DNA of 34,119 bases from an uncultured Treponemataceae bacterium. GTDB taxonomy: Bacteria; Spirochaetota; Spirochaetia; Treponematales; Treponemataceae. The stretch covers positions 1 through 34,119 of the forward strand of contig CAZDXD010000001.1 in NCBI GenBank assembly GCA_964509415.1, read 5' to 3'. The translations under genes were made by a program, and so were the position numbers. Below are positions 7,049 to 14,964 of the stretch, piece by piece. Positions within the stretch are counted from its first letter, which is position 1. Each line of letters begins with the position of its first letter. Under the pieces are notes generated by a model. That model was not told the origin of the DNA and searched no databases. It saw only the letters and a program-made list of their open reading frames with translations.

Positions 7049-9103
7049 TCACTGCAACGGCGAGAAGTAGCCTGTTTCGTCCCTACCCGACCTATTCATA
7101 AGGTACACTTCAACCTCAACGGGAAGGTACGCCTCGCCGAAGTTTGCAGGCATTAGCGATTCAAAGGAAAGCGTATACAGGCCGTTAGGCTCGCGCGAAA
7201 GCTCATTTACAAGCGGAGCCAAGCCTTCAGGCCTGTAGACATAAAGCGTTCTCCCGCCTGTGGAGTCCGCGATGTAGCTTAATTCATCGGGGACTTCCCC
7301 CTGCCGGAGAGAGGCGGCGTAAAAGGAAACCCCGTTGTTTCTCAAATAAGAAACAAGGGAGTCAAGCCCGTAGCGAGCAAAGCTTTGGGAGGAAAGGGTT
7401 CCCGTAGAAAGGTAAATCACGGCGCGGCGGGGCGCGGCGTTTACAAGGCTATTCACGGCAAGCCTCAAGCCCAAATCAAAGCGCCATTGGGCAGAAGACG
7501 CGGCAGTCGGCGCAAATTCTTCCCACCACGACCCTTGCGGGTTGCCTGCTCCTTCAAGGACTGGAACCTCGCCTGCGGAAATTACAGTAAGATTCCCCCT
7601 GCCGCCCATTGCAGCGGAAATTTCAGAGAGAGCGGCTCTTATGGCGGGAAGATAGCGGTCAGAGTCCGCACTGCGGTCAATCAAAACGGCTATGTCGCAA
7701 GACTCTTCGGCAAAGCCCGTTCCTTCAAGCTTGAAAGAAGCGGGTGGGCGATTGTCTTCTGTCAGCATAAAATTCAGCTCTTTAAGGCCGGTTATTGGAT
7801 TTCGGCTTCTGTCCTCAACGCGGACATCCAGCGTTACATTCGGGAAACTGTCCGCGTTAACCCTGTCAATCCAGACAAAAAGACCTGATGCAAGGTCGCT
7901 CATTTTTGAAGCTACCTGAATGCAGTTTCCATCATAGTTAGCCATAACAAGGTTTCCGTTTGCGTCAAGGGCTGCGCTTAAAATCCGCGCGGGCGCTTGC
8001 CCTAGATTTGCCAAATCAGAATGTGCGCCCGTAACGGGGTCAATAAGGATAACCCTGTTTTTTACAGCACAGAGAAGGCGGTTGTTCCACACCCTGATTG
8101 ACTCAATTCCAGGGAATGAGCCCGCAGGTGAAAGGCAAAAAAGATAATTCCCCGACGCGTCAAAAACATAGACAGCCCCCGGCACGGAATCTGCTACAAA
8201 GACTCGACCCTCAATGCAGGCAATGCCTGAAGGGGCAACAAAGCCCGGAAAATCCGCTGTCTTTTCTCCAAAGGAAAAAAGAGGCTCAAACCTTGAACTA
8301 TAAACGGTAACCCTTGCATTCCCGAAATCCGTAACGTAAATGTTCCCTGCATCGTCTTGCGCAATATACTGCGGCCCTACAAAAGCGCCTGCGCCGCGCC
8401 CCTTTTCGCCAAAAGAAGAAATATAGAAGCCGTTTTCGTCCAGCACGGAAATCCTGTCCGCGCCTGTTTCAGAGACAAGAATGCGCCCGTCCGAAAGCCG
8501 TAAAATATCAAAGGGGCGGCCAAAGCCGCTTATGGGTCCCCGCACACGGGCAGTAATCATTCCATTGACATCAAAGCGAAGCAATTCATTGGAGCCGTAT
8601 GCAACCGCCCAAAAAGAGCCGTCCTCAAGCGGAAGAAGAGAAGAGGGCTTTGAAAAAAGCGTATTCTGCCCCTGCACAGCCTGGATAGCGCCTGTTTCAA
8701 CATAGCGCTCCCCCGCGGTGCCGGCCGGCCTTATCGTCCGCCATTCCGTAATGGTTTCAATTCTGTTTTGCAAAAGTTCCGTTTTATAGCCTGCCAAGGA
8801 GGCGGAGTTCCAGTGACTTAAAGCAGTGGATTCTGACCCTGTCTTAAAATAAGCGCGGCCAAGCCAGTCCAGAATAAGGGGATTGTCGGGTATATACGAA
8901 AGAGCGCGTTCAAAGACCATTAGCGCGTCGTTAAACGCACCGCGGTAATAAGCCTGAACACCGCGCCGGAATTCCTCTTCCGCAAGAAACCTGTCAGCAG
9001 AGGAAGCGCCGCCCGCGGCATTCTCTTGAGCAAAGCTCCCCGAAAGAAAAAAAAGAGAAAGCGCAATAGCCGCGCAGACAACGCTTTTGCCTAATTTTTT
9101 CAT
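7049..9103 (-). CDS. Secreted multidomain protein: signal peptide, TPR, NHL-type beta-propeller repeats, vWA-like C-terminal domain
   Basis: Signal peptide MKKLGKSVVCAAIALSLFFLSGSFAQ. TPR-like AYYRGAFNDALMVFERAL. Repeated NHL-like units (GxFxxPxGIA..DxxGNIYVxD, e.g. FVGPQYIAQDDAGNIYVTDFGNARV). The C-terminus carries IAVLIDRSADSD (MIDAS-like DxSxx) and a vWA-like alternation. Confidence 0.7.
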   Translation of the reverse strand: MKKLGKSVVCAAIALSLFFLSGSFAQENAAGGASSADRFLAEEEFRRGVQAYYRGAFNDALMVFERALSYIPDNPLILDWLGRAYFKTGSESTALSHWNSASLAGYKTELLQNRIETITEWRTIRPAGTAGERYVETGAIQAVQGQNTLFSKPSSLLPLEDGSFWAVAYGSNELLRFDVNGMITARVRGPISGFGRPFDILRLSDGRILVSETGADRISVLDENGFYISSFGEKGRGAGAFVGPQYIAQDDAGNIYVTDFGNARVTVYSSRFEPLFSFGEKTADFPGFVAPSGIACIEGRVFVADSVPGAVYVFDASGNYLFCLSPAGSFPGIESIRVWNNRLLCAVKNRVILIDPVTGAHSDLANLGQAPARILSAALDANGNLVMANYDGNCIQVASKMSDLASGLFVWIDRVNADSFPNVTLDVRVEDRSRNPITGLKELNFMLTEDNRPPASFKLEGTGFAEESCDIAVLIDRSADSDRYLPAIRAALSEISAAMGGRGNLTVISAGEVPVLEGAGNPQGSWWEEFAPTAASSAQWRFDLGLRLAVNSLVNAAPRRAVIYLSTGTLSSQSFARYGLDSLVSYLRNNGVSFYAASLRQGEVPDELSYIADSTGGRTLYVYRPEGLAPLVNELSREPNGLYTLSFESLMPANFGEAYLPVEVEVYLMNRSGRDETGYFSPLQ

Positions 9104-9130
9104 GCTGTTATCCCGGAATTCCTGCTTTGC

Positions 9131-9799
9131 TTACTCTCCGGAAATTTCCCTAAAATGCTCCATTACGGTTTCATTGTTTGGGAGCTTTTCCCGCGCGCGC
9201 TTAATGTAAGTGCGGGCTTCTTTGTCATGCCCCAGCTTGTAATGCGCCCACGCAAGGGAATCAAGATAAGCGGGGTTTTCAGGGTTTTCGCCGAACGCTT
9301 TTTTGCACAGAGACAAAGCCCTCGTCAAATCTTTCCCGGCATCCGCAAGAATATAGCCAAGTCCGTTCATGGCTGTCGCGTTTTTTTCGTCCATTTCAAG
9401 CGCTTTTTCGTACCATTTAAGCGATTCATCGGCATCTCCGAATGTATACGAAATAAAGCCGAGCGCGGAAAAAACCTGCGGGGATTCATAGCCAATTTCG
9501 GCGAGCTTTTTCAGCTCAAAGTCAGCAAGCCTTGTTCTTCCTGTGCGAGCGTACAGGACCGCAAGCGCAAGGCGGCATTGATAAACGCGGGCAAAATCCA
9601 CATTCATAGTTACCACCTGCTCAAGATAAACAATCGCATCCTCGTACTGCTCCATTCTCGCAAAACACAAGCCAATCAAATAAGCAAGATCAGGGTCTTT
9701 TCCAGCCTCTGCGGCGGGAATGGAAAGCAGAACAGTCAAGGCCGCGCTGTAGTTTTTGATTTTGTACAGCCTAAACCCTTCTTTTATTGAATCAGTCAT
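9131..9799 (-). CDS. Tetratricopeptide (TPR) repeat protein
   Basis: Multiple TPR units (YLIGLCFARMEQYEDAIVYLEQ, ALGFISYTFGDADESLKWYEKALE, GLGYILADAG, SLAWAHYKLGHDKEARTYIKRA). Start set at ATG 9799, which is preceded by GGGAGGGG. The track start at 9826 lacks an SD. Confidence 0.75.
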   Translation of the reverse strand: MTDSIKEGFRLYKIKNYSAALTVLLSIPAAEAGKDPDLAYLIGLCFARMEQYEDAIVYLEQVVTMNVDFARVYQCRLALAVLYARTGRTRLADFELKKLAEIGYESPQVFSALGFISYTFGDADESLKWYEKALEMDEKNATAMNGLGYILADAGKDLTRALSLCKKAFGENPENPAYLDSLAWAHYKLGHDKEARTYIKRAREKLPNNETVMEHFREISGE

Positions 9800-9835
9800 A
9801 ACCCCTCCCGTAATGAGCTTATTCAAAGCCAGCCA

Positions 9836-10624
9836 TTACACCGCTGAATTACAGCAAAAAGGCGCAGAGATAAAGGCATCCAGCAAGTTTTCAGCAACTG
9901 CGGGCTGCGCCGACACCGGAGAAACAGAAATGTACCCGCTTTTAACGGCATCCCAGTCATCGCCCGGAGAAGATATTGTCTCGATTGAACCGCCTTCAAA
10001 GACGCATTCAAAGCAGTTTCCCGCGTTTTCCTCTTTCACTTCGGCAGGGGAAAAGCGCATTACATCATGGTAAATTCTTCGGCAAAGTCCCGTAATCTTA
10101 AAGCCCTTGTACGCCTCTAATGAAACGGCATTCACATTGGCAAAGACATCCTCGCCACAAACTTTGGCAAACGCTTCAAGATTGCATGTCGTGAAATCTG
10201 CAAGACCTTCCCACTGCGGCGGGCTCGCCATGCGCACCTCTTCTACAATAAGACTCACTGCAATCGCCGGAATGCCGTGAATAGCAGCCTGCCTTGCTGC
10301 CGCCGCTGTTCCTGAAAAAATAATATCGGTGCCAATATTCGCGCCGCAGTTTATACCTGAAAGGACAGCGTCAGGCCTGCGCGGAAGAAGACCGTCAAGA
10401 GCAGCAATCACGCAGTCCGCCGGCTTTCCAGAGCAGGAAAAAACGCGCTCTCCGTGTTTTTTAACTTTGAGCGGCTCTGAAAGAGAAATTCCATGAGAAA
10501 CGCCTGAACGGTTTGATGCGGGAGCCACAATCCAGACTTCGTGGCTGTGCTTTGCAAGAGAGGCGGCAAGCGCGTTAAGACCCGGCGCGTCGATTCCATC
10601 GTCATTTGTAAGAAGAACAAGCAT
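9836..10624 (-). CDS. surE: 5'/3'-nucleotidase SurE
   Basis: Hallmark N-terminus MLVLLTNDDGIDAPGLNAL, plus GINCGANIG and SGTAAAARQA motifs. Confidence 0.9.
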   Translation of the reverse strand: MLVLLTNDDGIDAPGLNALAASLAKHSHEVWIVAPASNRSGVSHGISLSEPLKVKKHGERVFSCSGKPADCVIAALDGLLPRRPDAVLSGINCGANIGTDIIFSGTAAAARQAAIHGIPAIAVSLIVEEVRMASPPQWEGLADFTTCNLEAFAKVCGEDVFANVNAVSLEAYKGFKITGLCRRIYHDVMRFSPAEVKEENAGNCFECVFEGGSIETISSPGDDWDAVKSGYISVSPVSAQPAVAENLLDAFISAPFCCNSAV

Positions 10625-10648
10625 ATCTTTACCATATCACAAAACCGC

Positions 10649-11818
10649 TTATAAGATAACCGCCGCGCCGGAAGGGTGAACAGGATAATGCACAGGCGTA
10701 AAGCCGAAAATCCGCTCGTAGTTGTCCAGCTTTGAAATAAAGGCATCAAGAGACTCTGATGGCAGGATTGCGTAAGCGCATCCGCCGAACCCCCTGCCCG
10801 TCATTCTGGCGCATAGAAGTTCCTGCTTTTCAGGAACGGAAAATTCGAGCGCGCGCTTTACAATCCAGTCCAGCTCCGGGCAGGAAATTTCAAATCTGTC
10901 GCGCAAGCCTTCGTGTGAATGAATTACCGCCTTGGAGAAAGAGGTATAATCCTTTGTTTTCAAAAGCTGCACAGAGCTGCCGGCTCTTCGGGATTCATTG
11001 AGGATAAACAAAGCCCTGCGGCGGACAGATTCCGCAATTCCAGGCATTTCAGCAAGAATAGACTCATCCATAGAAGAAAAGTCCGCAGGCGTATCTTTTG
11101 AGCTGCGCACAAGATTGTATGCCTCTATGCATTCCTGAATCCGCTCGTTAAATTCCTCGCGCGCTAAAAGCCTCGGCACCTTCGTGTCTACAAGGACAAC
11201 TGAATAGCGGTTTGCAGGAAACGCCGCGTATTCGTATGTTCCGTCGTTAATATTGGTTTTAATGCAGTTTCCCTGCTTTGCATGGAAAACGCAAAAAAGA
11301 TCCGCGCGGTGCGGATGAATGTTAAGAAAGCTCGTGTTTGCTGTTTCCAGAAGTGAAATTAAAGTCCTGTCGCTGATTTTTCTTTTTTTTCCCTCATATA
11401 GGAATTTCCTTAACACAAGCGCAAGTCCGGCTTTCATTGCATTGGGAACGCCAAGCCCCGCATCAACAGGAATTTCCGACTGAATAGCAATATTAAGGCC
11501 CGGAACGTTTTCGCCATATTCAATAAAAGCGGAAATCACCGCCTTCAAGGAATTTACCCAGCGGTCTTCTTTTCTGTAATTTAAGTTTGCAGGTGAAATC
11601 TTTTTGCGCTCTCCTGTTGTGGCAAAATAAACCCTATAGCTGGAATCCTGGCGGGGAGAAATAGAAATGGAAAGCCGGGAATCAATCGACATGGAAAGTA
11701 CAGATCCGCCGGCAAACCAGGTATGCTCGCCTAAAAGATGAAAGCGGCCTGGAACAGAAGCTGCCGCATCGGGCAGACAACCATACTCGCTTTTATGACA
11801 TTCTGCAATGCTGAACAT
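10649..11818 (-). CDS. Galactokinase-family GHMP protein with a divergent phosphate-binding motif
   Basis: Galactokinase signature-like PGRFHLLGEHTWFAGG and GHMP motif III MTGRGFGGC. Motif II reads PVDAGLGVPNAMKA where GLSSSA is expected. Confidence 0.7.
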   Translation of the reverse strand: MFSIAECHKSEYGCLPDAAASVPGRFHLLGEHTWFAGGSVLSMSIDSRLSISISPRQDSSYRVYFATTGERKKISPANLNYRKEDRWVNSLKAVISAFIEYGENVPGLNIAIQSEIPVDAGLGVPNAMKAGLALVLRKFLYEGKKRKISDRTLISLLETANTSFLNIHPHRADLFCVFHAKQGNCIKTNINDGTYEYAAFPANRYSVVLVDTKVPRLLAREEFNERIQECIEAYNLVRSSKDTPADFSSMDESILAEMPGIAESVRRRALFILNESRRAGSSVQLLKTKDYTSFSKAVIHSHEGLRDRFEISCPELDWIVKRALEFSVPEKQELLCARMTGRGFGGCAYAILPSESLDAFISKLDNYERIFGFTPVHYPVHPSGAAVIL

Positions 11819-11826
11819 ACAAGACT

Positions 11827-11855
11827 ATAATAGAGGTTATATTGAAACAATTCAA
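11827..11855 (-). promoter_or_regulatory. Candidate promoter on the minus strand: TTGAAT, 17-nt spacer, TATTAT, 8 nt, ATG (11818)
   Basis: The reverse complement of 11819..11855 reads ttgaat tgtttcaatataacctc tattat agtcttgt followed by atg. No SD. Confidence 0.4.
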
Positions 11856-11860
11856 GAAAA

Positions 11861-13549
11861 ATGACTAGAATAAAAGAAATTATGCCGGCTTTTTCCCTGT
11901 TTTTTTCCGCAGTTTTATCATCTTTTATGCTTGCGCTTGGAATCCCAAATGAACTGTTTTCAGCTGGCTCGGCTCTTTTTGGCATTTTTTGCCTTGTTCC
12001 GCTGTACACAGCTTTAATTTATGCTAAATCCTTTGCGCTTTCAGGGCTAATCTGCGGCACTCAAATTGCCTGCGTTCATCTTTTTTCTAGCTTTTGGCTT
12101 GCAAATTTTAAGGATTTCGCGATTTTCACGCTGGGTGCCTCCACAATAGCCTACTTTGGATTGGGCGTTTTAATCGGCTGGTGCCTGAAAACTGTACTCT
12201 GCTCGCGAAAAAACTTGCGCCCGTTTGCATTTGCCGCCTGCTGGGTGTGCTGGGAGTGGCTTAAATCCACGGGCTTTCTGGGCTACCCATGGGGCACGCT
12301 GTCGATGACCTCTTTAAGCATGAGGCGCTTTATACAAATCGCTGACACAACCGGCATTTGGGGAATATCGTTCCTCTTTGCGCTCGCGTCAGCGGTTGCA
12401 GCGGAGCTCCTCTTGCCGGAAAACAGATGGCTGCTGCAAGGCCTTCCCCGCGCCCTGAAAGCCCCCGCGCGGCTAAGGCTTCTTGCCAGCTCAAACTGTC
12501 TCCGAGCCGCGCTTTTTGCGGCAGCTCTGTTTGCTTTAAGCGTTTTTTACGGCTTTTACGCGCTTTCTAAAATCCCTGAGCCTGAAGGGAGCTTTGCCGC
12601 CTCGCTGATACAGCAAAACTCGGACCCTTGGGGCGAGGACGGAGACCCGGATGCCACTCTACAAGACTTGCAAAACCTCACACGGGATGCCCTCGCTGAT
12701 TGGGAAAGCTTGAGCAAAAAGCCTGACATTGTCATTTGGAGCGAGTCATCGCTTCCTTACGCATATAATATCAACAGGCGCTATTACAGCATACGCCCTG
12801 CAGAAGACCCGTTTCTTTCATTTTTAAGGGAAACCGGTGTTTATCTTTTTACAGGCTCGCCTTTTATCGAAACGGAAAACGGCAAAAGGCGCTCCTTTAA
12901 TGCGACAATACTTATTCGCCCTGATGACGGGGAAATCGAAGACTGGTACGGCAAAATCCAGCTTGTGCCTTTTGCGGAATATGTTCCGTTTTCTGACAAT
13001 GAATTCCTTGCGGGGCTTTTTGAAAGAATTGTAGGCTTTTCTTCGGGCTGGACGCCGGGAAAGAAGAGAACCGTCTTTACAATCACCGCGAAAGGGGACG
13101 GCGGAACCGCGCTTGAAATTCCCTTTACAGCCCCCATCTGCTTTGAAGACGCTTTCCCAGCCGTAACCGCGCGGCTTCACAAGGCGGGCGGAAAAGTTCT
13201 TATAAACCTTACAAACGATTCCTGGTCAAAAACTGAAAGCGCGGAGTATCAGCATTACGCTGTCGCGAGCTTTAGGGCTATTGAGCTTCGCACAACCATG
13301 ATTAGAAGCACAAACGGAGGCTTTACCGCAATAATTCTGCCTTCAGGGGAAATCCTTGCCTCCCTCCCTCTCTTTGAACGCGCGTTCTTGAATGCGGAAG
13401 TCCCCGTTTATCCGGCAGTCAAAACGTTCTATATCAAGTTTGGAGACTGGTTTGCGGGGCTTTGCGCGATTTTCGCGGCAGCGGCTGTCATTGATGCCCT
13501 GCGGCAGAAAAAGGGCGGCGCGCTTATTCCTAAGGGAGCGGCCTTATGA
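11861..13549 (+). CDS. lnt: Apolipoprotein N-acyltransferase
   Basis: Polytopic N-terminal half followed by a CN-hydrolase domain with the E-K-C triad context (VIWSESS, KIQLVPFAEY, APICFEDAF). Size is 562 aa. Confidence 0.85.
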   Translation: MTRIKEIMPAFSLFFSAVLSSFMLALGIPNELFSAGSALFGIFCLVPLYTALIYAKSFALSGLICGTQIACVHLFSSFWLANFKDFAIFTLGASTIAYFGLGVLIGWCLKTVLCSRKNLRPFAFAACWVCWEWLKSTGFLGYPWGTLSMTSLSMRRFIQIADTTGIWGISFLFALASAVAAELLLPENRWLLQGLPRALKAPARLRLLASSNCLRAALFAAALFALSVFYGFYALSKIPEPEGSFAASLIQQNSDPWGEDGDPDATLQDLQNLTRDALADWESLSKKPDIVIWSESSLPYAYNINRRYYSIRPAEDPFLSFLRETGVYLFTGSPFIETENGKRRSFNATILIRPDDGEIEDWYGKIQLVPFAEYVPFSDNEFLAGLFERIVGFSSGWTPGKKRTVFTITAKGDGGTALEIPFTAPICFEDAFPAVTARLHKAGGKVLINLTNDSWSKTESAEYQHYAVASFRAIELRTTMIRSTNGGFTAIILPSGEILASLPLFERAFLNAEVPVYPAVKTFYIKFGDWFAGLCAIFAAAAVIDALRQKKGGALIPKGAAL

Positions 13550-14139
13550 AAGCGAAAACGCGCAAATCCGTCGCCGTGCTTGCGGGAGCCGCCGTTCTTT
13601 GCCTGTGCTCCCTTTTTCAGATAACGGCGCGGGGAAACTTGCAGCTCCCCGTTACGCCGCACTCTTGCGCAACCGCCGTTCTAGGCATGCTGCTAGGACC
13701 TGCAAGCGGCGCCGGAGCCGCGGGGCTTTTTTGCATTGCAGGCGTTATAGCGGGCTTTTTTGGCCTTAAATTTTTCCCCAGTGACCTTGCGGGCTTTAGC
13801 GCGCTTGGAACGCTTGCAGGCGGCGCGGTTACCGGCTATTTTTTTGCCGCGGTTGTGGCGGGAATTTGCACAAGAAACATTAAGCCCTCCGATGAGCGGG
13901 CAAAAGCCTTTCCCGCAATTGTGCACGGGGCAATAGCGGGCATTCTGTGTTCAGCCATCCCTGTAATTCTCGCATTCAGAAACCTTGCAGGCGCGAGCCT
14001 CCTTCAGGCGCTGCGGTACGCTTTTGTTCCCTATTTGCCTGCGGACATAATCAAAATGATTCTCGCTATTATCATAACAGATGTCCTGCGAAAGCCGGTC
14101 GGCTCATGGATTAACAGCGCGGTTTCCGCAGGACAATAG
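13546..14139 (+). CDS. bioY: BioY-family biotin transporter S-component (divergent)
   Basis: About 6 TM helices. LPVTPHSCATAVLGMLLGP corresponds to IPITLQT..vlLaGlLLGP, GGAVTGYFF to GPTGGYl.gF, and FVPYLPADIIKMILA to F.PGD..K. The ATGA overlaps the lnt stop. Confidence 0.65.
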   Translation: MKAKTRKSVAVLAGAAVLCLCSLFQITARGNLQLPVTPHSCATAVLGMLLGPASGAGAAGLFCIAGVIAGFFGLKFFPSDLAGFSALGTLAGGAVTGYFFAAVVAGICTRNIKPSDERAKAFPAIVHGAIAGILCSAIPVILAFRNLAGASLLQALRYAFVPYLPADIIKMILAIIITDVLRKPVGSWINSAVSAGQ

Positions 14140-14167
14140 ACTTTGGCTACGGTGCAGCCGTCTATTG
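14134..14167 (+). other. Stem-loop overlapping the bioY stop codon (8 bp + 4 bp stem, no U-tract)
   Basis: caatagac (14134..14141) pairs with gtctattg (14160..14167). The inner ggct (14145..14148) pairs with agcc (14156..14159). Confidence 0.4.
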
Positions 14168-14196
14168 CCCGCGTTCCATCTCGCAAAGCATCACGC

Positions 14197-14356
14197 AAAA
14201 ACGGCGATTTTTGTGTCTGAAAAACCGCGATTTTCGTTGTTCAATAACGGCGATTTTTGCAACAGTCATACGTACGTATGCATGCCATCAATCTAGGCTA
14301 GATTGGTGCCTGAATTATCGCCGTAATTGTGATTGAATTGCCGCCGTAATTCAGGT
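14197..14356. repeat. Five-copy A/T-flanked ACGGCGAT-core motif array with a 23-bp period (3 forward, 2 inverted)
   Basis: Forward cores lie at 14201..14208, 14224..14231 (ACCGCGAT variant) and 14247..14254. Inverted cores lie at 14317..14324 (ATCGCCGT) and 14340..14347 (GCCGCCGT variant). All were read directly. Confidence 0.7.
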
Positions 14357-14363
14357 GGTTGAC

Positions 14364-14391
14364 AGCCTGCCTGTCCGCAGAGCTTTTTTTT
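14364..14391 (+). terminator. Candidate intrinsic terminator (7-bp bulged stem, 6-nt loop, T8 tract)
   Basis: agcctgc (14364..14370), loop ctgtcc, gcag-a-gct (14377..14384) running into tttttttt (14384..14391). It lies downstream of bioY and upstream of the nrdR promoter. Confidence 0.5.
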
Positions 14392-14411
14392 ATACTTCAG
14401 CCTATTGCATG

Positions 14412-14469
14412 AAACAACAAATAGTTGTAAATTTGATATTGACACGGAAAAAGACACCATATGTAGTTG
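14412..14469 (+). promoter_or_regulatory. Candidate nrdR-nrdD promoter with two NrdR-box-like sites
   Basis: Box-like 16-mers are aaacaacaaatagttg (14412..14427, about 11/16 to acaCwAtATaTwGtgt as I recall it) and acaccatatgtagttg (14454..14469, about 12/16). TTGACA at 14439..14444 is followed 17 nt later by TGTAGT (14462..14467), which overlaps box 2. Confidence 0.45.
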
Positions 14470-14496
14470 CGCAAGATATGGCTACGGGAGGCGGCT

Positions 14497-14964
14497 ATGC
14501 GCTGTCCATATTGCGGCAGCTTTAACGACAAAGTTCTCGATTCGCGAACGCTTGCGAGCGGCTTGAAAATCCGCAGAAGGCGTGAATGCATGGACTGCGG
14601 CTATCGCTTTACAAGCTATGAGCGGGTTGAAGAAAGGCCGCTTATGGTTGTAAAAAAAGACGGCAGGCGGCAGCCTTTCGACAGGCCTAAGCTGGAGAGG
14701 GGAATTAGCCGCGCCCTTGAAAAAAGGCCTTTTTCCGGCAACACAATAGAAAATATTCTCAACGAGGTTGAGGATATCGCCATCATGGAAGGCAAAAAGG
14801 AAGGCGAAATTGCAAGCTCTCGCCTCGGCGAAATTGTGCTTGACAAGCTTTACGAGACAGACAAGGTTGCTTATATCCGCTTTGCATCGGTATACAGGCA
14901 TTTTGATAACCTTGAGGAATTTATTTTAGAGATACAGAAAGCGGAGGAAAGAAGCAATGGCTGA
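14497..14964 (+). CDS. nrdR: Transcriptional repressor NrdR (Zn-ribbon + ATP-cone)
   Basis: MRCPYCGS...DSR...RRRECxxCGxRFTSYE followed by an ATP-cone (VVKKDGRRQPFDRPKL...YIRFASVY). GGGAGG lies 5 nt before ATG 14497. The track start at 14467 is an upstream extension. Confidence 0.92.
   Translation: MRCPYCGSFNDKVLDSRTLASGLKIRRRRECMDCGYRFTSYERVEERPLMVVKKDGRRQPFDRPKLERGISRALEKRPFSGNTIENILNEVEDIAIMEGKKEGEIASSRLGEIVLDKLYETDKVAYIRFASVYRHFDNLEEFILEIQKAEERSNG

Noticed and set aside
7385-7888. 167-aa + strand ORF (and similar ones at 7692..7919, 8098..8310, 8481..8705) inside the TPR/NHL gene
   Set aside because: These are Arg/Gly/Ser-rich antisense translations with no motifs, wholly contained in a longer motif-supported gene on the other strand.
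9155-9790. 211-aa + strand ORF opposite the TPR gene
   Set aside because: Antisense shadow. The minus-strand frame gives regular TPR repeats and has a strong SD.
14081-14296. 71-aa + strand ORF spanning the bioY end and the repeat block
   Set aside because: It starts inside bioY in another frame and runs through the repeats. It has no SD and no motif, and the repeat structure explains the sequence better.
14197-14356. CRISPR array
   Set aside because: The repeats have only about 8-16 conserved bases, and the 23-bp period leaves about 7-bp 'spacers'. Only five units are present, in two orientations, and there are no cas genes in the window.
14140-14496. Cobalamin (B12) or other riboswitch upstream of the nrd genes
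   Set aside because: I found no B12-box-like core or other riboswitch signature I can recognise. A T-tract terminator separates most of the spacer from the nrdR promoter. This should still be scanned with Rfam.
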